From: Eledone cirrhosa
Lineage: Eukaryota
Direction of reading: 5' to 3'
NCBI GenBank assembly: GCA_964016885.1
Contig: OZ024757.1
Span: 23,436,001 to 23,500,000 of the forward strand
Length of the DNA: 64,000 nt
Shown: positions 13,280 through 25,849 of the stretch, piece by piece
How the letters are laid out: each line of letters starts with the position of its first letter
Position numbering within the stretch: position 1 is the first letter of the stretch
Notes under the pieces: model-generated
What the model was told of the DNA's origin: nothing
Seen by the model: only the letters and a program-made list of their open reading frames with translations
The model's database searches: none
Program-made: the position numbers and the translations under genes

Positions 13280-13775
13280 TAGTGCTGGTGCCACAATAAA
13301 TGGGCTCAGTGCTCAGCCCACTCTGTAAAATTGTTGTGTCCTGATAAAATGTACCTAACCAACTCTTAAAGTGGTAATACTGATGCCCTGATAAAGTATA
13401 CCCAGCCCACACTGTAAAGTGACAGTGCTGGTACTATAAGAAAAATACCCAGCCCACGCTGTAATGTGGAAATGCTGGTATTATAAGAAAAATACTCAGC
13501 CCACACTGAAGTGCTGGTTCCATGATGAAATGCACCTAGCCCACACTGTAAAGTGCTGGTGCCCTGATAAAGTTTACCCAGTTCACACTGTAAAGTGGTG
13601 GTGTTGTAATAAAGAAAGAGCAAAGAAGACCTGGAAAGAGTCAGTGTGAGCTGATCCTAAATTACTGAAGCCGACAGAGGAGATGATGAAGGAATACAAT
13701 GAGTGGTGGAATGGAAAAGAGCCATCCAACCTATGCAAGCATGGAAGGGCAGATGTAAAATGATGATGATGATGA
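13280..13775 (+). mobile_element. Old RTE 3'UTR with degenerate ~45-bp internal repeats
   Basis: Repeated CAGCCCACACTGTAAAGTG units, ending CCAACCTATGCAAGCATGGAAGGGCAGATGTAAAATGATGATG. Confidence 0.6.
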
Positions 13776-13864
13776 CAGCAATGAAAGGATTAAATGGATT
13801 AGATTTAAATAGGAATGGCATAGTTGATATAAAGGATATGGATCTTGGGTAATGACCAAAAGAA

Positions 13865-14245
13865 TATGATGGCAAATACAAGCGGCCAAAATGGGGTTTC
13901 TACAAAGGGTCTTCAGAGTAATGTTACTTGATAGAATGCATAGATCAGAGATCAGAGAGTCACTCCAGGTAGAGCCACTACTTCTCCGAATTGAGAGATC
14001 ACGGCTTTGATATTACGGACATGTGGTTAGAATGTCTCGGGGAAAGAATCGCTGAACAGACTTGATGGGCAAATCAGCCGGGAAGAGACGTAGAGGTAGA
14101 CTTTGAGCAAGCTAGTTGGGTAACATCCATGAGCTTGGTTGGTCTCGCTTGGGAATCCAGCCAGATCAACAGAAAATATTTGCTTTTGACAGGAGTTGCT
14201 GGAAAGGGTGTTTGAGGACTCTTCCCCTATGACCCCCACACTGAT
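13865..14245 (+). mobile_element. Expander/Rex3-like RTE LINE fragment
   Basis: Encodes IRESLQVEPLLLRIERSRL*YYGHVVRM; paralog of 52055-52500 and 54820-55640. Confidence 0.75.
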
Positions 14246-15680
14246 GCCAAGTTGTGTCAGGTCTTCCCTTGTATAACATTATACAATATATTGCAGGACA
14301 GATTTTTAGACACAACCAGAAACTCTATGCAATATTTGTTCCAATACAGAAACTGAGACAGAGGACACCTTGAAGCTGATCATTAAAAAAACTACCAAGA
14401 TAGGAAATACAATATATTTTTAAAGACCTACCCACTATAAACAGGGTCTTTCACTACATGGAGACTACAAAGAGATTCAACAACAGAAATTTTTAGCTGC
14501 TTTGTAGCTGCTCTTGTTTCACTTGTTTTTTCTATCTTATTTATGCTTCTTTTACCTCCCATTGGCCTTTATTTTTTTAATATCTCTATCAATCTTGAAC
14601 TGTAAAGGGTACTAGATACCTCCCCTACTCTGACATGACTTACTAGCTCTATACTGACGTTTAAATTGTTTAAATGAATAACTAAAATGCATTAGATGTT
14701 AGAAGTTATAGAAGACAAAGCAGAATATTTAGAGTGCTAACATATGTTTTGTCTTCATATTCAAACTGCAGGATAAGATACAAAACAAAAAGAGAAAAAA
14801 TTCAAGCCAAGCCAATAAACTACTTAAGGCTATTTCATGAATAAAATAACCATTGATAGAGTAAAGAAAATAATAGATGTTGTATTAATTCCCTTGACAA
14901 AATATTGATTACACAATGGGTAAAGCAATAAAAAAAAACAATACAAACCTTGTATGACAACAAAATTAAACGCAATTTTAAAAAAAATGTTCAATTAATT
15001 GTAATATGTTAAATTTTTCCATTATAACTCATTAAGGTTAATTAAGTTAATACAGATGGGGATATTTTGTTTTGTATTTGTTTTTTTTTTTGTTTGATGT
15101 TTGTGTTGGGGTTTTTTTTTATATAACTACATTACAGACATGTTTATAATGGTTATGGATATTATAGCTTTATAATTAAGATCAGAGTGTATGATTAAAA
15201 TATATGTATTTTTCATTTTTGCTGTGCTTTGATTTAGCTCTAAAAATCTGGAAACAGTTTAGTTAATAATATTTCAATACCTGTAGAATATTAAAATCTT
15301 TAATATCCATTAATTGAATGAAAATATATAAGAAAATCTTTAATATTCTAAGCTTGAGACGAAGTTATTGATTTCTTACAGGAACAACTGAAAATATGGC
15401 ATTAGTCTAAATAATATCAATTCTATGAAAGGCAACATCATATTGAAATAAAACAAACCATAGTGCTAGTCTAAATATTTCTTTCTAACATCAGGTGAGG
15501 TCAGGCTTCTGCCTGCTACTGGTATCATGTAACCCAGTACAACCTGCTTCATTAAGTACTGGGGTTGATATAATTGATTTTTCATTTCCCCGAAATTATC
15601 AACCTCAGTACTTAACTGGTACTTTAAAAATGTATTGACTGTTTAGTTATCAACCACTCCACTATGAACCAGGCTGTACT

Positions 15681-16900
15681 GGGTTACATGGTACCAGTAG
15701 CAGGCAGACGCCTGACCTGGCCTGATATTGACCATGGAGTAGGTTTTACCTAGTTAGATGGTACCAGTAGTAGGCAGAAGTCTGACCTGGCCTGATATTG
15801 ACCATGGAGTAGGTTTTACTAGGTTAGATAGTACCACTAGTAGGCAGAAGTCTGACCTGGCTTGATATTGACCATGGAGTAGGTTTTACTAGGTTAGATA
15901 GTACCAGTAGTAGGCAGAAGTCTGACCTGGCCTGATATTGACCATGGAGTAGGTTTTACCTAGTTAGATGGTACCAATAGTAGGCAGAAGTCTGACCTGG
16001 CCTGATATTGACCATGGAGTAGGTTTTACTAGGTTAGATGGTACCAATAGTAGGCAGACGCCTGACCTGGCTTGATATTGACCATGGAGTAGGTTTTACC
16101 TAGTTAGATGGTACCAATAGTAGGCAGAAGTCTGACCTGGCCTGATATTGACCATGGAGTAGGTTTTACTAGGTTAGATGGTACCAATAGTAGGCAGACG
16201 CCTGACCTGGCTTGATATTGACCATGGAGTAGGTTTTACTAGGTTAGATGGTACCAATAGTAGGCAGAAGTCTGACCTGGCCTGATATTGACCATGGAGT
16301 AGGTTTTACTAGGTTAGATAGTACCAATAGTAGGCAGAAGTCTGACCTGGCCTGATATTGACCATGGAGTAGGTTTTACTAGGTTAGATAGTACCACGAG
16401 TAGGCAGAAGTCTGACCTGGCTTGATATTGACCATGGAGTAGGTTTTACTAGGTTAGATGGTACCAATAGTAGGCAGAAGTCTGACCTGGCTTGATATTG
16501 ACCATGGAGTAGGTTTTACTAGGTTAGATAGTACCAGTAGCAGGCAGAAGTCTGACCTGGCCTGATATTGACCATGGAGTAGGTTTTACTAGGTTAGATG
16601 GTACCAATAGTAGGCAGAAGTCTGACCTGGCTTGATATTGACCATGGAGTAGGTTTTACTAGGTTAGATAGTACCACTAGTAGGCAGAAGTCTGACCTGG
16701 CTTGATATTGACCATGGAGTAGGTTTTACTAGGTTAGATAGTACCACTAGTAGGCAGAAGTCTGACCTGGCCTGATATTGACCATGGAGTAGGTTTTACT
16801 AGGTTAGATGGTACCAATAGTAGGCAGAAGTCTGACCTGGCCTGATATTGACCATGGAGTAGGTTTTACTGGATCACATAGTACCAATAGTAGGCAGAAG
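15681..16900 (+). repeat. 70-bp minisatellite, ~17 copies
   Basis: CCTGATATTGACCATGGAGTAGG recurs every 70 bp (15721, 15791, 15861 ...). Confidence 0.97.
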
Positions 16901-17311
16901 CCTATTCTAATAGTCAGACTCAAATCCCAAAGCAACAATAGACTAGAACTCAACACACTGTGGCTAACATTGACAGACTTAATACCACACTTCATTTCAC
17001 TTCAAAAATAGATACAACGATAGCTCAAATCAGAACATAACTTAGAACACATTCCACATGACCCATTCACCACATCCATTGTTGAAGAAAACATGTCATG
17101 TTCAAATTAAAAAATGGCAGCATAAGAATGATACAATGTATCCCATTGTGAATTATTTTCCTCCACTCTTCTTTTAATAAAAGGATTTTATGCTGAAATA
17201 TTAAGAACCATTAAACAACTCCAAAGTAATATTCCAACATTTTTGTTATTATTTTTAACATTTAATGTCCCATTTGATTTGCCTTCTAATAAAACATTAT
17301 TTTTTACATTA

Positions 17312-17500
17312 GGGCGGTGGATTGGCAGTATCGGTAGAGGGTCGGACACCATGCTTTCCAGCATAGTTACGTCCCTTTACGATCTGAGTTCAAATCCCGC
17401 CGAGGTTGACTTTGCCTTTCATCCTTACGGGGTCGATAAAATAAAGTACCAGTAATGCACTGGGTAATTGCTGGCCTTGTGCCTAAAGTAGAAACAATTA
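17312..17500 (+). mobile_element. SINE family A (GTCCCTTTACG subfamily)
   Basis: Consensus match. Confidence 0.9.
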
Positions 17501-17617
17501 TTTTTGACATTATTTCAATTAATCAAAGAAGAAATCTGAGGGGCTTATTAATTATTCAATTCCTATGATAGTAACTTAATATATGGTTCTTATATAAAAT
17601 TATTTTGGAAGATTTTA

Positions 17618-17832
17618 ATTTAAACAGGAACTCTACAAAATGAATGGTTTTGTTTCATAAAACCAAAGCTGGTTTTGGCTGGTTTTGGTATCAAAAGCGT
17701 TAACAGGGAACTCTTTAAAATGAGTGGTTTTGTTTCATAGAACCAGGGCTGGGCTGGTATCAAGCATTAACAGGGAACTCTTTAAAATGAGTGGTTTTGT
17801 TTCATAGAACCAGGGCCGGGCTGGTATCAAGA
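17618..17832 (+). repeat. ~67-80-bp unit x3, resembling a MITE terminus
   Basis: AACAGG(G)AACTCT...TGGTTTTGTTTCATA...TGGTATCAA repeated three times. Confidence 0.75.
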
Positions 17833-18449
17833 GTTCAAAAAACACAATACAAAACATTTTTTTAAAATCTGCTTCAAAAGCAATCACTGTAATAGATTTT
17901 TAGAAATACCTAAAAGATGACGCATAACCATATACATGTAGATAAACATATCCACATACATATGTGATCAAGCAGATACACATATATTACACACACAGCA
18001 TACAAACACAGATATCTGTGGATTTATTTTCTCGTAAACATAAGCAGTGTGTAAATCCCTTGTGAAGAAGAACAAATGGGGGTGAGGAAACAAAGATAAA
18101 AAGGAAAAATGAAAAAAGACAAAAGGGAAAAAAGATAAAAAGGAAGAAAAAGAAAAAAAAGAAAAAAAAGAAAAAAAAGAAAAAAAAGAAAAAGAAAAAT
18201 AGGAAAAGAAAATGGCACGAGGATGCAACAATTTAGGGCTCAAGCTGTTAGTTTTTAAATTAAATGCAACATTTTGTATTTATGTCATGGATTACTGATA
18301 TTACAATTTGCTTTGCTTTCTGAGCATAAATAATTTTGACCTGCTGGCAGGATCTAAACACTTTTTTTAAAGTGAAATTTAGACATAATGCCTTCCTATA
18401 ACCATGGAAGAGAGGATGGCAAAGGGGTGGAAAACTGAAGGATAAATAA

Positions 18450-18481
<32 letters not shown>

Positions 18482-18999
18482 ATAAATAAAAGTCAAAATG
18501 AAAGCTTGAAATCAATAAGAGAGTGATCAATAAAGAACAGAAATGTAATTACTTTCGTTTCCTTATAAATATTGCCATGAGTAATAAGAAAAGATCTTAG
18601 ACATTTAAGTGAGGTGGATAGAGTCGAAGCAGTAAAATATAAAGGTATATGGACCCTAATCCAACACACATGCATATATTATATTTATATAATCAGAGGA
18701 TTACTGGATCTGCAATTCAAGAAAAGACTTGATACCTTGGAATGCAAACTAAATCTGTTTCATTTGGTAAAACATTTTGTGGGTTGCAGACTTGCTTCAA
18801 TATTTACATAGTTCTTCTGAAATACATCTCCAAAGAAGTCAGTAAACAGAGAATCAGGTCTGAAACCCTCAACATGCTTCACTGAACAATATACCATAAT
18901 CATTTTATATCAAGTTTTCCTTTCTAACATGGGGTAGGGCCATATTATCAAGTTTTCCTTTCTAACGTGGGGTAGGGCCATATTATTATTAGTATTATT

Positions 19000-19430
19000 A
19001 GGGCAGCGAATTGGCAGTATCAGTAGAGCGTCAGACACCATGTTCTTATATGATGAGTTCAAATTCCGCTGAAGTTATGGTTCTTTATGTTCTGGGTTCA
19101 AATTCCACCGAGATTAACTTTGCCTTTGATCCTTACGTGGTCGATAAAATAAAGTACCAGTTATGCACTGGGATAATTGCTGGCCTTTGCACAAAGTAGA
19201 AACAATTATTATTACTATTATTATTACTATTATTATTAGGCGGTGGATTGGCAGTATCGGTAGAGGGTCAGACGACATGCTTTGCAGCATAGAGTTACGT
19301 CCCTTTACGATCTGAGTTCAAATCCCGCCGAGGTTGACTTAGCCTTTCATCCTTACATGGTCGATAAAATAAAGTACCAGTAATGCACTGGGTAATTGCT
19401 GGCCTTGTGCCTAAAGTAGAAACAATTATT
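19000..19430 (+). mobile_element. Two SINE family A copies in an (ATT)n tract
   Basis: Diverged copy 19000-19210 and younger copy 19238-19430. Confidence 0.85.
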
Positions 19431-19747
19431 ACTATTATTATTATATAAATATTTGAAATATATTAAACTTAAGCCAAAATCTCAATTTGGGGAGGATACA
19501 AGTCAAATCAGCTAAAGAAAGTCAGCTTTAACTTACATAATGCCCCAACCATGGTTTCTGAAACTCAAGATACAACATCAGGAATTCCAAGACATTGGAA
19601 TCACCAATATTGGGAAGTGAATTCTTCATAGAAATAAGGGGACAAGTTGAAAATATATCACACACACCATTTCCTTGCTAGACCGTATGGTGAACAAGGT
19701 ATTGTATAATTGAACTATTTTATCAATACATTCCACTCAAAGGGACA

Positions 19748-19941
19748 ACATCATCATCATCATCATTTTACATCTGCTTTTCCCTGCTTGCAAGGGTTGG
19801 GCGGGTCCTATTCAGCACAGCATCTCTCCACTTGTCACGGTCCTTCGTCATCGCCTCAGTCAGTTTCAGCGATCTGAGGTCTGCTCTCACCACCTCCACC
19901 CATGTTTTACGTGGTCTACCTCTACTGCGTCTTCCTTCATG
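19748..19941 (-). mobile_element. RTE-clade LINE 3' end (family RTE-b)
   Basis: EGRRSRGRPRKTWVEVVRADL...DRDKWR C-terminal motif running directly into a (TGA)n tail. Confidence 0.85.
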
Positions 19942-20412
19942 TTGAATATATATCATGTATACCATGCCATTAGTAGACCACATGGTGAAGCAATGTGATG
20001 CAATGTTGAATTACTGTATACATATTTTCTACTTAATGTATTAAGACAATACGGTAGGCTTATATTGACACTGGAAATAGCAGCCACAACCGTCTAAATC
20101 AGCTCAACAAAGATAGAGCAATCAATATTCATTTATAACCCTATAAGTTAACTGTTTCTAATCCGTAAACATCTGAATGAAAGGACAAAATATATTAATA
20201 AATTATCTACTCAGAAAGGTATTAAAATATATTAAACTTTATAATTATAAATTGAGATTTTGGCTAAGTTTATTATATTTTAATACTTCTCTGAGTGGAT
20301 AAATTTGATCCCTTTTACATTCTGGAGATATGGTCAATATTGTGACTTGAAAGCTTAGGTAGTGCTTTTGTTCTATGTATGAACATGAATAATTAATATA
20401 ATATATATATAT

Positions 20413-20521
20413 ATGTAAAAGGTAAACAGAAATAACAGCACAATCGGTACAGTATATGGAAGGAATATATTAGGTTAACGCTTGAAATAGCAGGAAGAGG
20501 ATCTTAATGTTTTGGACACTA
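20413..20521 (-). mobile_element. Truncated copy of the hammerhead-bearing element at 36.8 kb
   Basis: Reverse complement aligns by eye with 36845-36951; ends in (TA)n. Confidence 0.8.
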
Positions 20522-22499
20522 AAGCAAGCATAGAAAAGTGTAAGTAAAAAGGATATATACATATAGTTTTTGATTATATTGTGATTTTTAAAAACCCTAT
20601 AAGTACTCAATACCACTTTATGTTGAAAGTGTGTAGAGTCATATATGTTTTTTATAAGAGATAAACAGAGAAAATATATATGTATATATTTATGTATATA
20701 TGTATAACCGGTTATTAAACTGCCCAATGACTGGATTAGTTACTCAAGTAATAATATACTGGTGCATGTGTTCTTACTGGCAACATGACCCTCCCAAAGT
20801 GTAACAATATCTGTTTCAACACACAATTTCACATCAAGAATCTCGCAAAACAAATAGAAAAATGAAAAAAAAACTATGTTTAAATCTCAGAAAATAGATT
20901 TTAACACATTTTTATAACTATCTTTCTAATGAAATACACTGTCCATGTAAGAAGGTATGTTGACATGTTCATAAGCTAACTATGAATGAGTGATGCTAGT
21001 GCTGTGAAATCTTGCATGCATTAATTTCAACTCTTCTTATTAATAACCACAGTGTTTCTTTCCAGGGACTATGTTGAAAAATAAACCTCATTTGGTCATT
21101 CCACGAGAGTATATTGGCCAGCCTATGAACTTTTCAGCTGACCCTTGTATTTCAATTAATATTTTAAACAAAGAATTTGGTAGGATTTAGAGAAATAACT
21201 AGTGTTTTAATTATCAAACTAGTGTTGGGAACATAGCTTAACAAGAATAACTTCATTTTAATAAGAGACACAAGACAAATGTGGAGAAATGCTGAAAAGG
21301 AAATAATATCCCTCCGTCCATTTGTGTGGAGGAGACAGAATTACCTCTTCTAATGCTGGCAGCTACTCAAATGAAGAAACCAAAAACAACACTGTCTAAC
21401 TGATATTACAGTCTGGAAGCAAAACTATTAAAAAATAACTAGACATAAAGACGACAATACAAACATCTCACAGACTCTACCATGCTGGCATCTATTAATG
21501 CTGGAACTAAACCATCTGATTCTTCTTTCACTATATCTGGGCATAAATCCAGGCCTGACACTGACACTGAAGTTCAGTAAGTCGATAATTACTAAAATAC
21601 CAATTACAATAGAACTGTGACCTAGCTGTGATAGAGGCAATAAGTTTGTTATTCAGTTTACCTAAAGTTTAGCCAACTGTGAGTATTAAAAGATTTTCTT
21701 GCATGGAATTTATTGTGAAGATCAATAAGTTCCTTATACAGTTTCCCTTACATAGAATTTAGTGTAATCAGTTCTGGGTCTTGTAGATTCATTCCCCCAG
21801 AGACCAACTTACTCTTCTCATCATTAGACATTCTAGCAGATATTTTCTGACACATCAATTCATTGAATTTTCTAAGTGACATTATGCAATAGTCTAATGA
21901 CTAACAACCTCATATAACATCCCTAAAATAGGACCCTCAACAAACCTAACCCTCTATAAAACTTAAGATAACAGAAGTCTGGTCATATATCTAGGACCCT
22001 CCAGAAACCTGACACTCAGCAAAACTGCCTCTCCACAAACCTGACCCTCTACAAAACTTAAGGCAATAGAGGTCAACTCACATATTTAGGACTCTTTACT
22101 TAACCTGACCCTCTACAAAACTTAAGATAACAGAGTTCTGCTCACATATGTAAGACCTGCCACAAACTTTATAATTCAGATAATAATTTAACCCTTTTAA
22201 TACCAATCTGTCTAAAACCACACATTTTAAAGGGTTTCTATTTAACCCTTTAGTGTTGAAACCAGCCAAAACCGGCCACAATTCTCTACCTCCTCCTGTT
22301 GAAACTGGCTGTAACTTGTATTTGTCCTGGGCACATTTATTTCGATATATATATACAAATATACAAATAGCGAGAATCACATATTCCTTGGCTTATATTT
22401 GAGTATAAATGGTAATATATTGAATTGTAAACACGAATGAAGACTGCCTAAACAAACACATATATTGTGAAAGATTCTTATTTAACCCTTCCTTTATTA

Positions 22500-23034
22500 C
22501 AAGGTGGGTGGAAGGGAACTCCCTATTGAAAATTACTTATAACTTTTGGCCTACTGGTACCACTTGGGCCAACATCATTGACCTCATATTTTTGCAAGAT
22601 GGGGCCTTTCCTTATTTTTCCTGCACTGTCCGTAAGTGGCTTCAGGTCCAATTTCCAGGACATTAACTGGGCCATCAAGGTCCACATGAATGACCAGCAA
22701 GAAGCCCTAACTTAAAGCCATGTGATTTTATCCTGTGGGGGTGGGTGAAGGAAGAGGTTTATAGCTCAAAATCAAAAACTTGGACTCAATTGGTGGAACA
22801 CATTCATCATGTACTGACCAACATACCACCTAAGTTCCTGATGAAGTCAGTCAAGGATATACTCAGACTATTACAAACACTGGTGAACAACAGTGGTGCC
22901 TATGTAGAATTTTAGCATTGTAGTGTACTTCTACCATTATACTGGTCAAAATAAAACACATTTTATGAAAATCTACCAATAATTAATAAAGTTATTCACA
23001 ATTTTAAATAGGGAGTTTCTTTTCACCCACCCTG
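22500..23034 (+). mobile_element. Internally deleted Tc1/mariner-superfamily transposon with transposase pseudogene remnant
   Basis: ~45-bp imperfect TIRs (CAAGGTGGGTGGAAGGGAACTCCCTATT / AATAGGGAGTTTCTTTTCACCCACCCTG) with TA on both sides; translation FLQDGA...VRKWL...FPG...PARSPNLKPCDFILWGWVKEEVY contains stops. Confidence 0.9.
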
Positions 23035-23585
23035 TATATTTCTTATGAAAGACACTGCCTATGATTCTCAAATTATTTTGAAAATAATCAGTAAAATTGA
23101 AAAGATTGAATAATATAACTAACTTTCTCATTAAACTGGTGTTTAGAACATAACAGAAGTTCACAAATAAAAATTATGACGGAAGGTTTTTAGATAAACA
23201 CAAACACTTTAAGCCACCTGTTACCATATTTCTAATGAAAGACACTGTCTATGATTTTCAAATTCTTTTGAAAATAATCAATATTTTGCAAAGACTTCAT
23301 AACATAACTAACTTTCTCATTATTAAACCGATTTTGGAACATAACTTTATAAAGGTTCCTACATTAAATTATGATGGAAGGTTTTTAGGTAACTATAAAG
23401 AATTTAAAATAAACAATGTTGTAACATAGAAATAAACTATGTCATATCTGGCTATTTGATATGCAAAGCTGAACACAGAGCTTCAGGGAATGAAAACATC
23501 TATTTATGAAGGGATATTATTAAAATAAGAAAAAAAAAGAGGTAATTTTCTGATAGCTTGTATTTTCTATACATAAGTATAGAAA

Positions 23586-23790
23586 ATAATTGTTTCTACT
23601 TTAGGCACAAGGCCAGCAATTTCCCAGTGTATTACCGGTACTTTATTTTATCGACCCCGTAAGGATGAAAGGCAAAGTTAACCTCGGCGGGATTTGAACT
23701 CAGAATGGCAAGGGCCGTAACTCTATGCGTCAAAGCATGGCGTCCGACCCTCTACCAATACTGCCATCGCGTCCGACCCTCTACCGATAA
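23586..23790 (-). mobile_element. SINE family A, followed by partial diverged copies to ~24180
   Basis: Consensus match with a local duplication of GCGTCCGACCCTCTACC at the head. Confidence 0.88.
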
Positions 23791-24399
23791 GTATAGAAAA
23801 TAATGTTTTATTACAAGGCTACTGCAATACAGATAGAACATTAAATGTTAAAAAATAATGGTTTCTGATTGAATCAACCCTAGTGCATTACTGGTACTAT
23901 ATTTTATTGACCATGTAAGGATGAAAGGCAAAAGATTAAATGTCAAAAATAATGGTTTCTGATGTCGGCACAAGCCCAACAATTTTGTGAGGAGGGGAAA
24001 GTCAATTGAATTGACCGCAGTGTATTACTGGTACTTTATTTTATCAACACGTAAGGATGACAGGCAAAGTTAACTTCGGCAGGATTTGAACTCAGGACAT
24101 AAAGGGCCATAACTATGCTGTATAAAGGGCTGTAACTTTCCCATAAAGCATCTTGTCTTATATTCTACTTATACTGCCAAATAATCATAAAGGTGTGTCT
24201 TATTTGCAATCAAAAGGTAGACACTCTTTACCATAGTGGCAGATTCTACAATTCTCCTCCACTGCCATGCACACCTCTTTACTGTACTGCTGCAAGCATG
24301 ACACACTCCTTTTGCCATGGCAGTATTCAACAGCTTTCCTCCACTGCTATACATACCACTGTACCACAAGAAGCAATAGACAGACTTACTTTACAATGA

Positions 24400-25375
24400 T
24401 GGCAAATTCTACTATTTTCCTATACCACTTTACTGTAGAAATCAACGGGCAGACTCCCTTTGCCCTGGTGGCAGATTCTACTATTTTCCTATACCACTTT
24501 ACCGTAGAAATCAACGGGCAGACTCCCTTTGCCCTGGTGGCAGATTCTAAAGTTTTCCTATACCACTTTACCATAGCAATCAACGGGCAGACTCCCTTTG
24601 CCCTGGTGGCAGATTCTAAAGTTTTCCTATACCACTTTACCATAGCAATCAACGGGCAGACTCCCTTTGCCCTGGTGGCAGATTCTAAAGTTTTCCTATA
24701 CCACTTTACTGTAGAAATCAACGGGCAAACTCCCTTTGCCCTGGTGGCAGATTCTAAAGTTTTCCTATACCACTTTACCGTAGAAATCAACGGGCAGACT
24801 CCCTTTGCCCTGGTGGCAGATTCTAAAGTTTTCCTATACCACTTTACTGTAGAAATCAACGGGCAGACTCCCTTTGCCCTGGTGGCAGATTCTAAAGTTT
24901 TCCTATACCACTTTACCGTAGAAATCAACGGGCAGACTCCCTTTGCCCTGGTGGCAGATTCTAAAGTTTTCCTATACCACTTTAACATAGAAATCAACGG
25001 GCAAACTCCCTTTGCCCTGGTGGCAGATTCTAAAGTTTTCCTATACCACTTTACCATAGAAATCAACGGGCAGACTCCCTTTGCCCTGGTAACAGATTCT
25101 AAAGTTTTCCTATACCACTTTACCATAGAAATCAACGGGCAGACTCCCTTTGCCCTGGTGGCAGATTCTAAAGTTTTCCTATACCACTTTACCGTAGCAA
25201 TCAACGGGCAGACTCCCTTTGCTCTGGTGGCAGATTCTAAAGTTTTCCTATACCACTTTACCGTAGAAATCAACGGGCAGACTCCCTTTGCCCTGGTGGC
25301 AGATTCTAAAGTTTTCCTATACCACTTTACCGTAGAAATCAACGGGCAGACTCCCTTTGCAATGGTAGCAGACTA
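24400..25375 (+). repeat. 69-bp minisatellite, ~14 homogeneous copies, diverged units from ~24215 to ~25690
   Basis: 23-codon periodicity visible in the ORF track. Confidence 0.96.
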
Positions 25376-25849
25376 CAGTTTTCTTCTACCAATATGCACA
25401 TCACTTTGCCACAACAAGCAATAGGTAGTTTTCTTTTTACCGTGGTGGCAGATTCTACAGTTTTCCTCAACTGATATGCACACCACTGTACCATAAAAAT
25501 CAACAGACAGACATCTTTTACAGTGATGGCAAATTCTACTTTTTTCCTCCTTTGTCATGCACATCACTTTACTGTAGCAATCAACAAACAGACATCTTTT
25601 GCCATGGTGGGTGAGTCAATCAACAGTTTTGCTACACCACCATGCTACATACCACTTCACCACAACAAGCAACAGGCAGACAAACATTTTAAGAATCTTT
25701 TCTTTGACAGCTGTATTCTGTGGAATCTTTTACCAATTATCTCAGCCATTCTCCTGTCAGTTTTCATAACAATAACTATAATTCTGGCAATTATCTTTGA
25801 GTTGCAACAGCACAAGTACCAAGATCTGCTTCTACACCATTAACGTTAG

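Noticed and set aside
15681-16900. CRISPR-like appearance of the regular arrays
   Set aside because: Units are contiguous with no unique spacers, there are no cas genes, and the context is eukaryotic.
24267-25424. 385-aa ORF with a 23-aa repeat, and a 318-aa antisense ORF
   Set aside because: The 69-bp unit is a multiple of three and stop-free on both strands; there is no unique domain and the flanking units lose the frame. Best explained as a satellite.
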